A stretch of 63,952 nt of DNA, the filler included, from Octopus bimaculoides (taxonomy: Eukaryota), in assembly GCF_001194135.2 (NCBI RefSeq). It is 5 parts of 5 records of this genome, joined end to end, with 100 filler letters (N's around TTAATTAATTAA, not from the genome) between each part and the next. Parts side by side here need not be neighbours in the genome. Positions count along the whole stretch, not along the records: positions 21,013 to 49,740 come from NC_068999.1; 4 more parts are not named here. The stretch is one strand, 5' to 3'. Within the stretch, counting starts at the first letter, position 1, and each line of letters opens with the position of its first letter. The notes beneath the pieces are model-generated. The model saw only the letters and a program-made list of their open reading frames with translations, made no database searches and was not told the origin of the DNA. Below are positions 35,702-49,618 of this stretch, piece after piece. The translations under genes were made by a program, and so were the position numbers.

Positions 35702-36954
35702 AATCTATCTATTTATCTGTATATCNNNNNNNNNNNNNNNNNNNNNNNNNNNNNNNNNNNNNNNNNNNNNNNNNNNNNNNNNNNNNNNNNNNNNNNNNNN
35801 NNNNNNNNNNNNNNNNNNNNNNNNNNNNNNNNNNNNNNNNNNNNNNNNNNNNNNNNNNNNNNNTATATATATATATATATATATATATACTTTCAAATAT
35901 ACATACATACATGCATACATATATATGTGTATCTTTATTCATGTGTCAATGTCGAATTCAAATCTGAATTTTCCTATGTGTCTGTAAATATGTTTCAGCT
36001 TGTGTATTTTTGCATAAATGTATGTCGAACAACTTGACTGCGAACATAAGTAATAATAAATATATAAATATATGTATGTACTCACAAACACGATAGTCTA
36101 TATATATATATTAACATACATTCACACACACACAGACACACAGAGGCATATATACGTATGGATATATTTGTATGTAAATAAGAATGTATATAGGTATAGA
36201 GCGAAGGAGAAAAAGAGCTAGATATATATACATATTTCTTTAAATATTTGTGATATGCCACTTAGGAACAGCTTCCGTTAGCGGAACAGTTAATGAACCA
36301 GTAACCCCCAGTCAAATGACACTCAGTACGTTAGCACAGTTTGTGGTAACGATAACGACCAACATTTTGACAACTTAAATACCTTTCATCTCTACTTTTG
36401 TGATATAATATTAAGGCATTGCTCCCAACGACTGATTTTGTTAATCTAGAACTGGCTACCACTTAACATATATAATCTCTCTCTTTATTTCATTTCGAAT
36501 CTATTCCCCCATCACTCTGTCTTCTACTACGTATCAGCGTCTCATAATCCATTTATCTATATGTATCACCGTGTGCCGAGTCATATTTTTTATTCGATTT
36601 TTTTTCTGCATCTGGGATTGTGTTCGTATAAACGTGTGCTTGTATCTGAATTTGTGTGTACTTCCACCATATTTTTTCTCTATATTTTGTATATTTCTCT
36701 GCAGTTCTATCCTTCTGTTTATCTGTCACGTTATCTCTGTCACTGCAACTTTTTACAAATTTTCTCTCCGTAAAATTCTTCTGGATATGTGTAATTTTCT
36801 TTTCTTTCTTGCATGCTAATATGGAAGAAAAAAAGAACATAAACACAAGCATTTGTGACATACATTATTTTCATATGTTCGTATAGATATTCTCTGTGTA
36901 TGTATCTATTTAACTGTATGTCAACTTAAATATGTATGTATGTATGTATGTATG

Positions 36955-37009
<55 letters not shown>

Positions 37010-38332
37010 TTGTCTATCTATCTGTGTATAGATCTAAGTACTTACGCGTACATGGATGTATTCTAACTTTATAAACTATATGCGCATTAAAGAAATGTAT
37101 GCGTATATATGGTTATATATATATAAATATATAAAGGGAGTGGGGAGACGGAGATGATTTCAGATATACATGGGAAGATATAACGTTTTCCACTCATAAT
37201 CACACGTATTAATACATACACACACGAATACGTACTCACATGGACACACATACATATACATATATATATATGTATATATATATATATNNNNNNNNNNNNN
37301 NNNNNNNNNNNNNNNNNNNNNNNNNNNNNNNNNNNNNNNNNNNNNNNNNNNNNNNNNNNNNNNNNNNNNNNNNNNNNNNNNNNNNNNNNNNNNNNNNNNN
37401 NNNNNNNNNNNNNNNNNNNNNNNNNNNNNNNNNCACACACACATACACACACACACACATAAACAGGCGCGAGCACATATAGAGAAACACAGGTAGATAA
37501 ATAAAGACTGCAATAGTGATGAGAAGCAAAATATGATGACATTAAAAATAAATATATAAGCAAACAACAACAACAAAAAATGCCTCTTTCATATTCGAAG
37601 TCCATTATGGAACTAGAATCTTACCCTCGGGGAAACTGGTGCATCTTTCTAATGTAATGCTTCAAAGAACTTCTACATCTCTCGCCATGTATTCTTTTCT
37701 GTGTCTTTACTTCTTTCTTTTCAACTAGTGAATTTTGTTTCTGTATATTAAGTAGACCTTTCCAGAATATAATCCTAAGCATCATCGACTAGTTCTTTCC
37801 TTTTATTTATCTTTTAGTTTTCCCTTTCTCTCTGTATATGTGTAACACATAGGTTCTCTTTTATCTCTTAATATCATTTATATGCCATTTTTATGCCATC
37901 AAAATATTTCCATATATCTTCGGATGCCTTAACGACTAACACATATACCCACTTATAAACGTGAATTATATATATATATATTTCTTTCTCTGTTGACATT
38001 TATATATACATTGTAGACACACAATACATCATACACTCACACGACCAAACACACACACACACAAGATACGAATATACGTGTATATAAGTATATACATATA
38101 TATATTATATGTATATATATGGTTATGTGTATGTGTGTGCATGCTGTTGCATTGCTGTCTGCGAGAGAGTGTCTTTTTTGATTCGAACTACACATCTGGA
38201 CATTAATTCTTTGTCCACAATCACATACCGCCTGTTTATATTCTTGAGAAGTGTATTGTTCAAGGAAAGGGACAAACGTCATAACCTTGACTAAGTTTTG
38301 GACAACGTACTATATAACGAATTATCATCAGA

Positions 38333-38334
<2 letters not shown>

Positions 38335-38431
<97 letters not shown>

Positions 38432-38459
38432 TAATAATAATAACAACAACAACAACAAC

Positions 38460-38533
<74 letters not shown>

Positions 38534-38545
38534 TAATAATAATAA
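38335..38545. repeat. Compound (TAC)n(AAT/AAC)n microsatellite
   Basis: Visible directly. It is the source of the poly-T/N/I ORFs in the track. Confidence 0.95.
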
Positions 38546-38837
38546 TATTTTATTACCGTGTAATAGCCTAAAGAAAATAGCCTAAAATTAGTGCATATAA
38601 GCCCTCGACGGTAAAAAGTGGGGTCTTTATATTACGTATCCATGGTCCTTGTTTTAGCGAGAAGAGCGTTATAATTACACAAGAACATCCTATCTTTTTC
38701 CTTCGTAGAATTATATGCCCCAGTGTTACGGTATTTTCTTTAGTCAATGCACGGTGATCGCTTATGTGCTTGAAGCTTATAAAATAGTATTATTATTTGA
38801 ATAACTTTAGAAATCGTCACTGCTTACCAAAAGCCAT

Positions 38838-38895
<58 letters not shown>

Positions 38896-39344
38896 CACAC
38901 ATACATATATTGAAGCGATTATTCCATGAGATGGTAATTTTACATTATCGACATATACATGCAAGACATGCTATTGTAGTTTCGTATCTACCGCAAAGGG
39001 CTGAATTTTGTATGGTTGTCGTTGTTTCATTCAGCAAACCTTTGTCTGATCTCTTCAGTCCTGTATTAGTATTACGTCAATGATTTTTAACAGGTACCTT
39101 CTAGCCTGCCAAGTGCAATCAGATGGTTGTACCATGGTATTGCTTCCTGGTCGCAAGTGAGAAGAGAAGAAATTTCCATGGGTACGACATAGCAGACATA
39201 GGAACGAAAACGGTGAGGTTTCCTCACATATTTGTACCTACCTACCTACCTACCTACTTATCTATCTACTTACATATCTACCAACCTATATACATACATA
39301 CATACATAAATACCTGCATACTTACATAAATACGCATATAAAAG

Positions 39345-39497
39345 GATTGTGTGGTAAGTAGGTTGCTTACCAAATACATTGTTCCGGGTTCAGTCCCACT
39401 GCATGTCACCTTAGGCAAGCGTCTTATGCTATAGTCTCGGGCTAACCAATGCATTGTGAGTGGATTTGGTTGACGGAAACTGAAAGAAGCACTTCAT

Positions 39498-39531
<34 letters not shown>

Positions 39532-39670
39532 GTATATATGTGCGTGTGTGCGTGTGAGTATGCTTGCATCAGTGTTTGTACCCCACCAGCGCTTGACAGC
39601 TAATGTTCGTATGTTCATGTTCCCGTAAGCTAGCGGTTCGACAAAAGACATCGCTAGAATAAGTACTACA
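39345..39670 (+). mobile_element. SINE family A (runs into a gap)
   Basis: gtgtggtaagtaggttgcttacc...ccgggttcagtcccactg...gagtggatttggttgacggaaactgaaagaagc. Confidence 0.85.
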
Positions 39671-40566
39671 CTTCCAAAGAATNNNNNNNNNNNNNNNNNN
39701 NNNNNNNNNNNNNNNNNNNNNNNNNNNNNNNNNNNNNNNNNNNNNNNNNNNNNNNNNNNNNNNNNNNNNNNNNNNNNNNNNNNNNNNNNNNNNNNNNNNN
39801 NNNNNNNNNNNNNNNNNNNNNNNNNNNNNNNNNNNNNNNNNNNNNNNNNNNNNNNNNNNNNNNNNNNNNNNNNNNNNNNNNNNNNNNNNNNNNNNNNNNN
39901 NNNNNNNNNNNNNNNNNNNNNNNNNNNNNNNNNNNNNNNNNNNNNNNNNNNNNNNNNNNNNNNNNNNNNNNNNNNNNNNNNNNNNNNNNNNNNNNNNNNN
40001 NNNNNNNNNNNNNNNNNNNNNNNNNNNNNNNNNNNNNNNNNNNNNNNNNNNNNNNNNNNNNNNNNNNNNNNNNNNNNNNNNNNNNNNNNNNNNNNNNNNN
40101 NNNNNNNNNNNNNNNNNNNNNNNNNNNNNNNNNNNNNNNNNNNNNNNNNNNNNNNNNNNNNNNNNNNNNNNNNNNNNNNNNNNNNNNNNNNNNNNNNNNN
40201 NNNNNNNNNNNNNNNNNNNNNNNNNNNNNNNNNNNNNNNNNNNNNNNNNNNNNNNNNNNNNNNNNNNNNNNNNNNNNNNNNNNNNNNNNNNNNNNNNNNN
40301 NNNNNNNNNNNNNNNNNNNNNNNNNNNNNNNNNNNNNNNNNNNNNNNNNNNNNNNNNNNNNNNNNNNNNNNNNNNNNNNNNNNNNNNNNNNNNNNNNNNN
40401 NNNNNNNNNNNNNNNNNNNNNNNNNNNNNNNNNNNNNNNNNNNNNNNNNNNNNNNNNNNNNNNNNTATATATATCAATACATATACACATACATGTAGAT
40501 CACATAACATATATATATATATATATATACAACCATATGTTGTATGGATATGTATATATATCTACA

Positions 40567-40604
<38 letters not shown>

Positions 40605-41228
40605 TATATACAAGTGATTTGATTTTTTTTTTTCAATTATAGTAATGCAATTTAGTTGCTATATTTTTAGGGAGTATCCGTTTCATATGAAACATCTGTC
40701 ACCATTATCTGCCAATAGATCTCCGATTGATGGAAATCATTGGAACGTGTAGCCGTACATCGAAATATTACGTTTTCGACTTTCATGAACATAAACACTG
40801 GCAGGTGAAACTGTCTCAGTTATCTCCTCGAACTTTCTATCATATAGATGTGATTTCTAATCTTTCTTTCTGAGTGCGTCTGATGGTGGTGTCGGTGAAT
40901 GGTGGTGGAGGGGATATGTTATATTTAAGTAGGTATGTTACCATACTTACCGCAGTTTTCTTTCTTTATCATCATATATATATTTATCTCTCTGTATATA
41001 TCTAACTATACTTCTATTTATGTATCTATCTGCACATCAATCAATGCGTCTACCAATTATGTTGTTTGTCAACTGTTTCTTTATTTTCATTTCATCTATA
41101 TTGGCTGTTTATCTGTTTTACCTTACACAGAATCCTTCAAAATCTCATATATGCTTGTAATTCCATGATCCACGCCCGCAAGACTGTACGTATGCAAATA
41201 CATATGTATGTATACATACACATATAGT

Positions 41229-41282
<54 letters not shown>

Positions 41283-41284
41283 GC

Positions 41285-41327
<43 letters not shown>

Positions 41328-41864
41328 TATGTATGTATATATAAATACATACATAATCCTTTTAGTCAATATATTTTTTCGATCTACATACAAATGCATT
41401 GCCATATGTTTATTGTCACTATCTCATCGTTTTACTCCTTTGTTTACAACACACCGGCACAACTGACAATTTAATAATTTAATCTGAAATTCACTTCTAA
41501 CTTAAGAAACGGGTACACTCGACGACCTGTATTTCATTAATGCTGAATTATTTGAATATTTTAGTTCAGCTTTAGAATAATATTTCAGAAGCTATAACAT
41601 TTCTGTTTTATCTGCGTACTCATGAATTTAGAACAGTATGTATCGAAAGAATAACAGTGAACCTGACACATATGAGTACAGATTACGAGAAAGAAAATAA
41701 AGTGTATTTACATCTCTGTTCATTATGTATTTGGATAAGCATTGCTCTTACAATTACCTTGTACGTACTACGATTGTCTTGTGTGTATACTGAAGATAAC
41801 TGCTATTATTTTTTCCAAATTAATAACTAAAAACAGTCTGAATATATAATCTCTCTTACTATAG

Positions 41865-42020
41865 GTAAAAGACTTGTGAGGGGCCAGTTCCTTACATCAA
41901 CCCCCAATAATAAACTGGTACTTATTTCATTGACCCTGAAATTGCAAGAGGCGAAATCGGCGTTTGTAGAATGTGAACTCAGAATGTAAAGACAGATGAA
42001 ATGCCGTTAACTGTTTTTGT
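41865..42020 (-). mobile_element. SINE family B (minus), head-to-head with a plus-strand B head at about 42060-42130
   Basis: aactggtacttatttcattgaccctgaaa...aactcagaatgtaaagacagatgaaatgccg, followed by aagctggcagaattgttaag. Confidence 0.65.
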
Positions 42021-42507
42021 GAGGACAACTTCTTAACCTCAGTTTGTAATAGTACATGAAGGTGACAAGCTGGCAGAATTGTTAAGCGGCAATTGGTTCG
42101 TCGTTAGGTTCTGTGTTCAATTTCCCCTGCGCTTGCCTTCCCTTGTCGAATGTGATCCCTTGTCACTACCATTATAGCTTTGAAAAAATAACTGTTAAAT
42201 CAAAGCCGGCTCTTCAAAACTTGCACTAAGAATAATAACACGGTATAATGATGATGGTAGTTTATCCCGCTCTCTCTAACTTTTAATTCATATAATTCAA
42301 AAAAAAAAAACCACATTACTTATGGCGTGACCTAATATAAATTATATTTAGTGTATGTATGCCATGCTATCTGAAACGACTCAAGTTGTCCAAACTATAT
42401 TTCTAGGGTTACACATATGACGGGTAACACTCTACTCCTAGATGCATTGTCATTGATTCCTTCATGAATTAATCAAGGTATTTCAAGGAGAACCGTATTA
42501 AGTAGTT

Positions 42508-42538
<31 letters not shown>

Positions 42539-44554
42539 AAGCAAGNNNNNNNNNNNNNNNNNNNNNNNNNNNNNNNNNNNNNNNNNNNNNNNNNNNNNNN
42601 NNNNNNNNNNNNNNNNNNNNNNNNNNNNNNNNNNNNNNNNNNNNNNNNNNNNNNNNNNNNNNNNNNNNNNNNNNNNNNNNNNNNNNNNNNNNNNNNNNNN
42701 NNNNNNNNNNNNNNNNNNNNNNNNNNNNNNNNNNNNNNNNNNNNNNNNNNNNNNNNNNNNNNNNNNNNNNNNNNNNNNNNNNNNNNNNNNNNNNNNNNNN
42801 NNNNNNNNNNNNNNNNNNNNNNNNNNNNNNNNNNNNNNNNNNNNNNNNNNNNNNNNNNNNNNNNNNNNNNNNNNNNNNNNNNNNNNNNNNNNNNNNNNNN
42901 NNNNNNNNNNNNNNNNNNNNNNNNNNNNNNNNNNNNNNNNNNNNNNNNNNNNNNNNNNNNNNNNNNNNNNNNNNNNNNNNNNNNNNNNNNNNNNNNNNNN
43001 NNNNNNNNNNNNNNNNNNNNNNNNNNNNNNNNNNNNNNNNNNNNNNNNNNNNNNNNNNNNNNNNNNNNNNNNNNNNNNNNNNNNNNNNNNNNNNNNNNNN
43101 NNNNNNNNNNNNNNNNNNNNNNNNNNNNNNNNNNNNNNNNNNNNNNNNNNNNNNNNNNNNNNNNNNNNNNNNNNNNNNNNNNNNNNNNNNNNNNNNNNNN
43201 NNNNNNNNNNNNNNNNNNNNNNNNNNNNNNNNNNNNNNNNNNNNNNNNNNNNNNNNNNNNATATATAATATAAATAAAATAATGATGGTAGAAATTGATA
43301 TTAATCAATTAAAACCAGTGGCTTAGCATATTCAAAATATCCGAAAATTGAAAATTATATTACATACAAATTAAGAGGAATGACCACCAAAGCGGAATCC
43401 TAATATGCTAAAGATAGACGTCAAATCGCCCTTACCACGAAGAGTGCGTTCTCAAGAAAAAGATTCAGCAAGCGCCAGAATGTATATATATATATATATA
43501 TATATAGATATATATATAGATGGATGATAGATAGATAGATAGATAGATACATACATACATACATACATACATGCATACCTATATACATACATACATACAT
43601 GCATATGCTGTGGACTTGGCAGATTTACCATCAACCAAATTCCTCAACCTAACAATTGCTCAGCCCGGCTGTAAATAATACGAAACGCCAATTCCCACGC
43701 TGTGCGGATGAATCTGAAATCACATGCTTTCTGAGAAGTCTCTTAACCACATACCAATAAGCATGCATTAGGGTTGACCTGACATGTAAATTTGGTGGCC
43801 ATATAGATATGTATGACTGACGAATAAGTTGATAAATCTCAATAAATTATGATCACTGCTCTGAACGTCTTAAACTTAAGATCAAAACAAATTAAGCAGC
43901 ACGGCTTACGAATTGAGTACGTTTATGAAACAGTTTGGATAATTATACCTCATATGAGATCGTTATTGAGAATATATTGATTTTGAATAACTTCGCCAAA
44001 AGATCAAATACGTAAAGCGAATGAGTACATTTGATTCAAATGAACCAAATAATATCCTGGTTTTTATTTCAACCAAAGCAGGATAGATGAAAAGGAAAAT
44101 AAACTACAGCAGAATTCCATTCCAGTTTGAAATTTTACGATGCCTGCCAGAATCTACATTTATCGTGTCTTGCAATCTGTTCATTGAGTATGCTGTGAAA
44201 GACAAATCGTTTAACATGGAAAGACAAGATGACAACATAACATCGTGAATTAAAGATCCATTATACCAGGAAAGTAGTCAAGGCGGGAAGCTATTTGTGG
44301 TTGTTCAACATGATGGACATAACAAACATGATAATCTCACATTTAACTCTCCTAAATGATGATGATGTAGATTTTTTGCCAATTCAACGTCTTATAGCTA
44401 GAAGTGATACAAATATGGAGAAAGAAGTACAAGAGCGAATGAGAAAGGTGAAACAAAATTACTTCTCTGATTCGAAATATAAATTTACATTTTAGAAATT
44501 TATTTATTTATTTATGTGTTTCAGCCAAGTGGCTGCGGTCATGCTGGTGCACCG

Positions 44555-44745
44555 AGCTGGCAGAATCGTTTGGGCATTTCATTAGCCCTTACGTTCTGAG
44601 TTCAAATTCCATCTAGGTCAAATTTTTCTTTCATACATTCCGGGGTCGATAAAACAAGTGCCAGTGAAATACTAGGGCCCATGTAATCCACTACACACTT
44701 CCCCCATAATTTCAGGCCCTGTACCTATAGTTGAAAAGATTGTAG
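44555..44745 (+). mobile_element. SINE family B, fused to a minus-strand family A tail (44505-44555)
   Basis: ggctgcggtcatgctggtgcac joins directly to cgagctggcagaatcgtt...ttctgagttcaaattcc...cggggtcgataaaa. Confidence 0.75.
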
Positions 44746-46699
44746 CACTAATATTTTCAGCGCTTATGATACCGATTTTCGAAGCTCATGTTATGATCAA
44801 CATCAGTTATTGTGACATAAATTAATTCGAACTTTGAATAGAAATTTCAATTTTTCTGTATCTAAGGTAAATTGTGAATCGTTAGTCTAAGTGGAGCCAC
44901 AAATTTTGCATTTACTGAAAATATAAAATCATTAAAACTATATAAAGAACTAAAACTTGAATTACCCAAGGAAGTCATTAGAAATTTTCCATAAAGCTAT
45001 GCAGAGTACTCAAAAGTATACAGATTCTATTTAGCATTAAGGAGACGAAAAAAAGTTTCGGTAATATTTTCCTGTTTCTTNNNNNNNNNNATATATATAT
45101 ATATACATGCGTTGTATGTTTGTAGTACTATTAATTACACGCATATGCAACATATATATATAAATATATATAAAACCTAGAGAGTAGACCGGGAAGACAG
45201 AATAAAAATCAAAGTAAATTTAATATTAATGATAAATATTAAAAACAAAACAAAACAAAAACAAAGAAACTTCGTGAGAGAAAACGCATCCTTAAGTAAC
45301 ATTAGTTCGTTACTTGCCACTTTTGATTTCAAGTCGCCACTTGTGATAACTTTGATTTCTCCATGTCTGGGGTCAATGTATTAATTAACATTATTATATT
45401 GACGTAGCATTCGTCCCACTGCGGGCGACCTACGCTTACAAATTTAGTCTTATACCTAAGGGGAAAATATAATATTTATGAATTTACGTATTTATGTATT
45501 ATAAATCGTGGTTTAATATACCCTAAAAATTGAAAGGAATGCTATCGGTGTATTCCTTGAAATTTTAACTTGGATTTTTGTTTTTATCTTTTTGTTTTAA
45601 TGTGAAACATACGAAGAGAAACGTTTCTTAATTAATAGTAAAAAAAAATATATATCGAACAATGCATTTTAAATTAAAATTGAACATTTTTACATATTCT
45701 TTTTTTCAGTAAACACTTGACCGTTGAAAGCCGCAGGAAGCCTTGTTGGATTTAATTGAAGTATTGTTTTAACTGGTAATTTTTTTTCTCTATAAGAAGG
45801 AATTTTAAATTCATAGAGATATCCTTGAAATTAATGTCATTCGGTTCTTCAGAAACGCGAATACTTAAATGAATATAAAATATACAAAAAAAAANNNNNN
45901 NNNNNNNNNNNNNNNNNNNNNNNNNNNNNNNNNNNNNNNNNNNNNNNNNNNNNNNNNNNNNNNNNNNNNNNNNNNNNNNATATATCGAACAATGCATTTT
46001 AAATTAAAATTGAACATTTTTACATATTCTTTTTTTCAGTAAACACTTGACCGTTGAAAGCCGCAGGAAGCCTTGTTGGATTTAATTGAAGTATTGTTTT
46101 AACTGGTAATTTTTTTTCTCTATAAGAAGGAATTTTAAATTCATAGAGATATCCTTGAAATTAATGTCATTCGGTTCTTCAGAAACGCGAATACTTAAAT
46201 GAATATAAAATATACAAAAAAAAAAAAAAAAATTATAAATAAATCTAAAAGTAACTATACTGGAAAAAGGTTTTATGAAGAGGTACCAGCAATATTTAAA
46301 TAGAAAATTATTTGACGCCTCAAAGACGTGATTGTTTAAGAAACAACAATCATATGTATGGCTAAGTGCACAGAGGAAAAAATAATTGTAATGATAAGAT
46401 TTTTAAGCAGGGGAAAAGGCCACAACTAATTCAATTGGTACATTGGTGTTACTTTCAATTTTGTTAATGGTTTTTAGGGACAACAAATACATTAAAAAAA
46501 AATTAGACGCCTCCAAAAAAATGTCTTTACCCTTAAATATAAAAAAGAAAAATATCTAAGCTTTTATATACTTAATTAGTAATGTAACAAAAGTACAAAA
46601 ATAAAGGGTATAAGGTTTGTTTTAACTGACATAGCTATTTTAATTTGCAAAATCTCTTGGAGTAGCTCTTCATAAATAGTAAACATTGTTCTTCTTCAT

Positions 46700-47230
46700 T
46701 GCAGTGAATAATGAATTAAAGAAAGAATGTGCAATCATTGAGTTGTATATAAATGAAAGCTGTAGCCTGCCCGATCCTCTAAGAAGTTTATAGATTGTTT
46801 ACAGTAATGTCAGCATTGAAAATGTCAATGTGCCAGAATACATGAGGGAAATTTAACGATGAGTTTAACAGGCATTGAATCCAAACTGAGCAGTAGGAAA
46901 CTATCTACAACGACAACTGACACGAACCACGAGCAAATGGAAGAATTCATTCATGCGAAGAGACAGGTGATAAACAGTGAATTGTAGCACAATTATACTC
47001 ATATTACAATGTATTACAGACGATGGTGGTAGATATTTTCCTATCGGAAAATGCATGCAAGTTATGTATCTCGGTGGCAGATGTTCGATTTGAAGGTGGG
47101 CATAGATTTCTGATGAAGAAACGAAGGTTCAGTGCATAGAGTAGCGTGACACCATTTCTTGCCATTTCTCGAAGGCCAGAGCATTTCAAAAGCCAGCGAT
47201 TGGTAAAAATTCATGTCTAAGACTCTAGAT
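46700..47230 (+). mobile_element. Heavily decayed mariner transposase fragment
   Basis: Pieces across frames: CAIIELY...IVYSNVSIENVNV..YMRKF, SSRKLSTTTTDTNHEQMEEFIHAKRQV, SDEETKVQCIE*R and FKSQRLVKI. These follow the order of mariner HTH, RSGRP, YDPETK.QS.EW and KKFK motifs. Confidence 0.5.
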
Positions 47231-47324
47231 GACAAGGACAACATTCTCTTTTCTTCTCTAAGTCTAAGTTGTACTGTAAGAAGCAAGGGGGACTCAGTGA
47301 CACTCAAAGAAATTAGGTAATCTA

Positions 47325-47430
47325 TTATTCTTTTATTCTGTTATCTGTTTCAGTTATTTGACTGCAGCCATGCTGGAGCACCACCTTTAGTTGAACAAAT
47401 CGACGTCAGGACTTATTTTTGTAAACATCG
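47325..47430 (-). mobile_element. SINE family A tail
   Basis: gtttcagttatttgactgcagccatgctggagcaccacctttag is the reverse complement of 60965-61015. Confidence 0.8.
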
Positions 47431-47929
47431 GCAAATTAAACATGAATGGAAGGAAGGCCTGGAAAGTTTCAGCGAAAAGAAAAACAATAATACGAATATA
47501 ATTAATATTAAGAGCGATACGAAAAGAAGCTCAAACCTTAGTTTCGAGAGGACCATTCACTAAAATTCTGGCTGGGCAAGTGAAATATTTGGTCTCAAAT
47601 ACATTAAAAACTTGTGGTTACTTAACAGATTTTGTCAGTGATACGACATTGTATGATAAAGAAGAAATAATAATTACATACGAATACTTACGAACAGTCG
47701 GTCACATTACAGAAGAAAATAAGAGGACCGAAATCACAGAAAATAACAAAAAAAAAAAAAGAAAAACAAGCGGAATAATTTCTTGCAATTGTTATGGAAA
47801 TTTACTCGCTGGAAAATAAGGGAGAAAAGGAAGAGAATGATTTCGAAATAGGAATTAGCGATTTTTAAAGTCAACCAAAACAGTTCGAAGACAAAATTAC
47901 GTAGTAGAGTAGTGGTAGGAACAACTTTA

Positions 47930-47948
47930 CTACTACTACTACTACTAC

Positions 47949-48047
<99 letters not shown>

Positions 48048-48094
48048 CAACAGCAGCATCAGCAGTAGTAGCAGTAGTAGCAGCAGCAGAATTG

Positions 48095-48139
<45 letters not shown>

Positions 48140-48140
48140 T
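47930..48140. repeat. Compound (TAC)(TAG/TGG/CAG) microsatellite
   Basis: Visible directly in the sequence. Confidence 0.95.
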
Positions 48141-49581
48141 GCATGATATGATTCATTACAGATATATGTCTTCAACTGTATGGTTCTCTGAGAAATAATA
48201 CATCACATTACATATACAATACGTTATTTAGACCGTGAAATTGCAAGCATAAACGAAGTCGCTTCGCCTGAGTAACATCTGAGCTACTGGCAAATTCACT
48301 TGTAGTATGAAAAGAACTAAATTTTGGTTACTAATAACTACGAGATGGACATCGATGTGCTTTATTAATCTTCAATTTAAAACATTAGGTGCAGGATTCC
48401 TATTAAATTCCTTGAGTCCCAGACTGACATGGCCATTAAGTGTGTGGAATACTACACCTTGCTGCATTTGTGCCGACAATCTGATCTTTGATATCAAAGA
48501 CTACCAATGTCAACTTATATCATTTCGGATTTGGTAAAATAAAACATTTGTCCAGGAAATTTGATTGATGCGACTTTTAAATATGAAGTGCTTTCGTCTT
48601 TCCGTAATTTAGCGTTTTCATTCCAGACTCTGCTTATACTTATACTTTCCTGACTTCGTGTGACAGAATTCGGATTTTCGGATGTCACCTAAAGACGAAG
48701 AACGATGTGATGAGATGCGTTCTCTTCAAGAAAATATGTTATCTCAATTATCTATGCATGGATAAATTAAAAACTTACGTGAGAAATTACAGATCAGAAA
48801 AATAAAACAAGCCAAAACCTAAGAGTACTTCCTCCTGGAAATGATGGCACTCAAATTAGATTTTAATACTTATATGATGAAATATACGGGCAATAAATAA
48901 TTCTACAATTCACCCCAATCATTCGCTTTAAAAGAACACACTGGATAAGAATATAAAGATATATTTGCGTAATCCAACTTTAATAAATAAAATGCTGCTA
49001 TAATATTCCTATGATATATTCAGTAAAGTAGTTATAATCACAATATTTCATCGTTTAAACACTCTTGCCATTTTCAGGTAAGTTTCTTTAGGTTAATGTC
49101 CTCAGAATTTCAAGTATAATGGTGATAATTCTTCACCTCAGAAATTCACACATAATTTTGAAATAATGTTACATAATAGTAATCAAACTCAATTTATTAA
49201 CATTTTTGTTTATAATTTTTCGATGATGCCAATATATACGTGCATATTATTAGAATATTGTTTTGCTATTATTATTATTAATATTATTATTATTATTATC
49301 ATTATTATTGCTGTTGTTCTTGTTCTTGTTGGCGGTGGTGGTGTCTGTGGTGGCGGTGATAGAATTGTTATTACCATCATCATCATAATGCTTCCACCCC
49401 ATCGTTTTTTTATGTTTTTTTTGCTTTGTAACGTTTCCTCATCCGTCATCTTTGTGGTAAGAATAAAAAATTTAAGAATGTAATGTTAATTATAATTCGT
49501 GAACGTGCTTGTAGTAGTAGTAGTAGTAAAATTAGTATTGGTAGTTTTTGCTGCTGTAGTTGAAACATCAACATTATTACT

Positions 49582-49618
<37 letters not shown>

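Noticed and set aside
39012-39062. Minus-strand CTGAAGA...tcag/ctga...GAAAC hammerhead-like string
   Set aside because: There is no NUH site (GAC) and no helix I pairing.
42500-42545. (CAG)n run as a polyglutamine exon
   Set aside because: It is a mixed CAG/TAG microsatellite running into a gap, like other non-coding arrays here, with no splice context.
44295-44495. 66-aa ORF with a KEVQERMRKVKQ motif resembling a LINE RT thumb
   Set aside because: The similarity is too short to support a call.
45650-46225. Identical direct repeat of about 245 bp on either side of a gap
   Set aside because: Perfect identity flanking an N-gap indicates unmerged overlapping contig ends.
46270-46680. 15-bp inverted match tttatgaagag.tac as MITE TIRs
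   Set aside because: The match is short and AT-rich, with no TSD or extended pairing.
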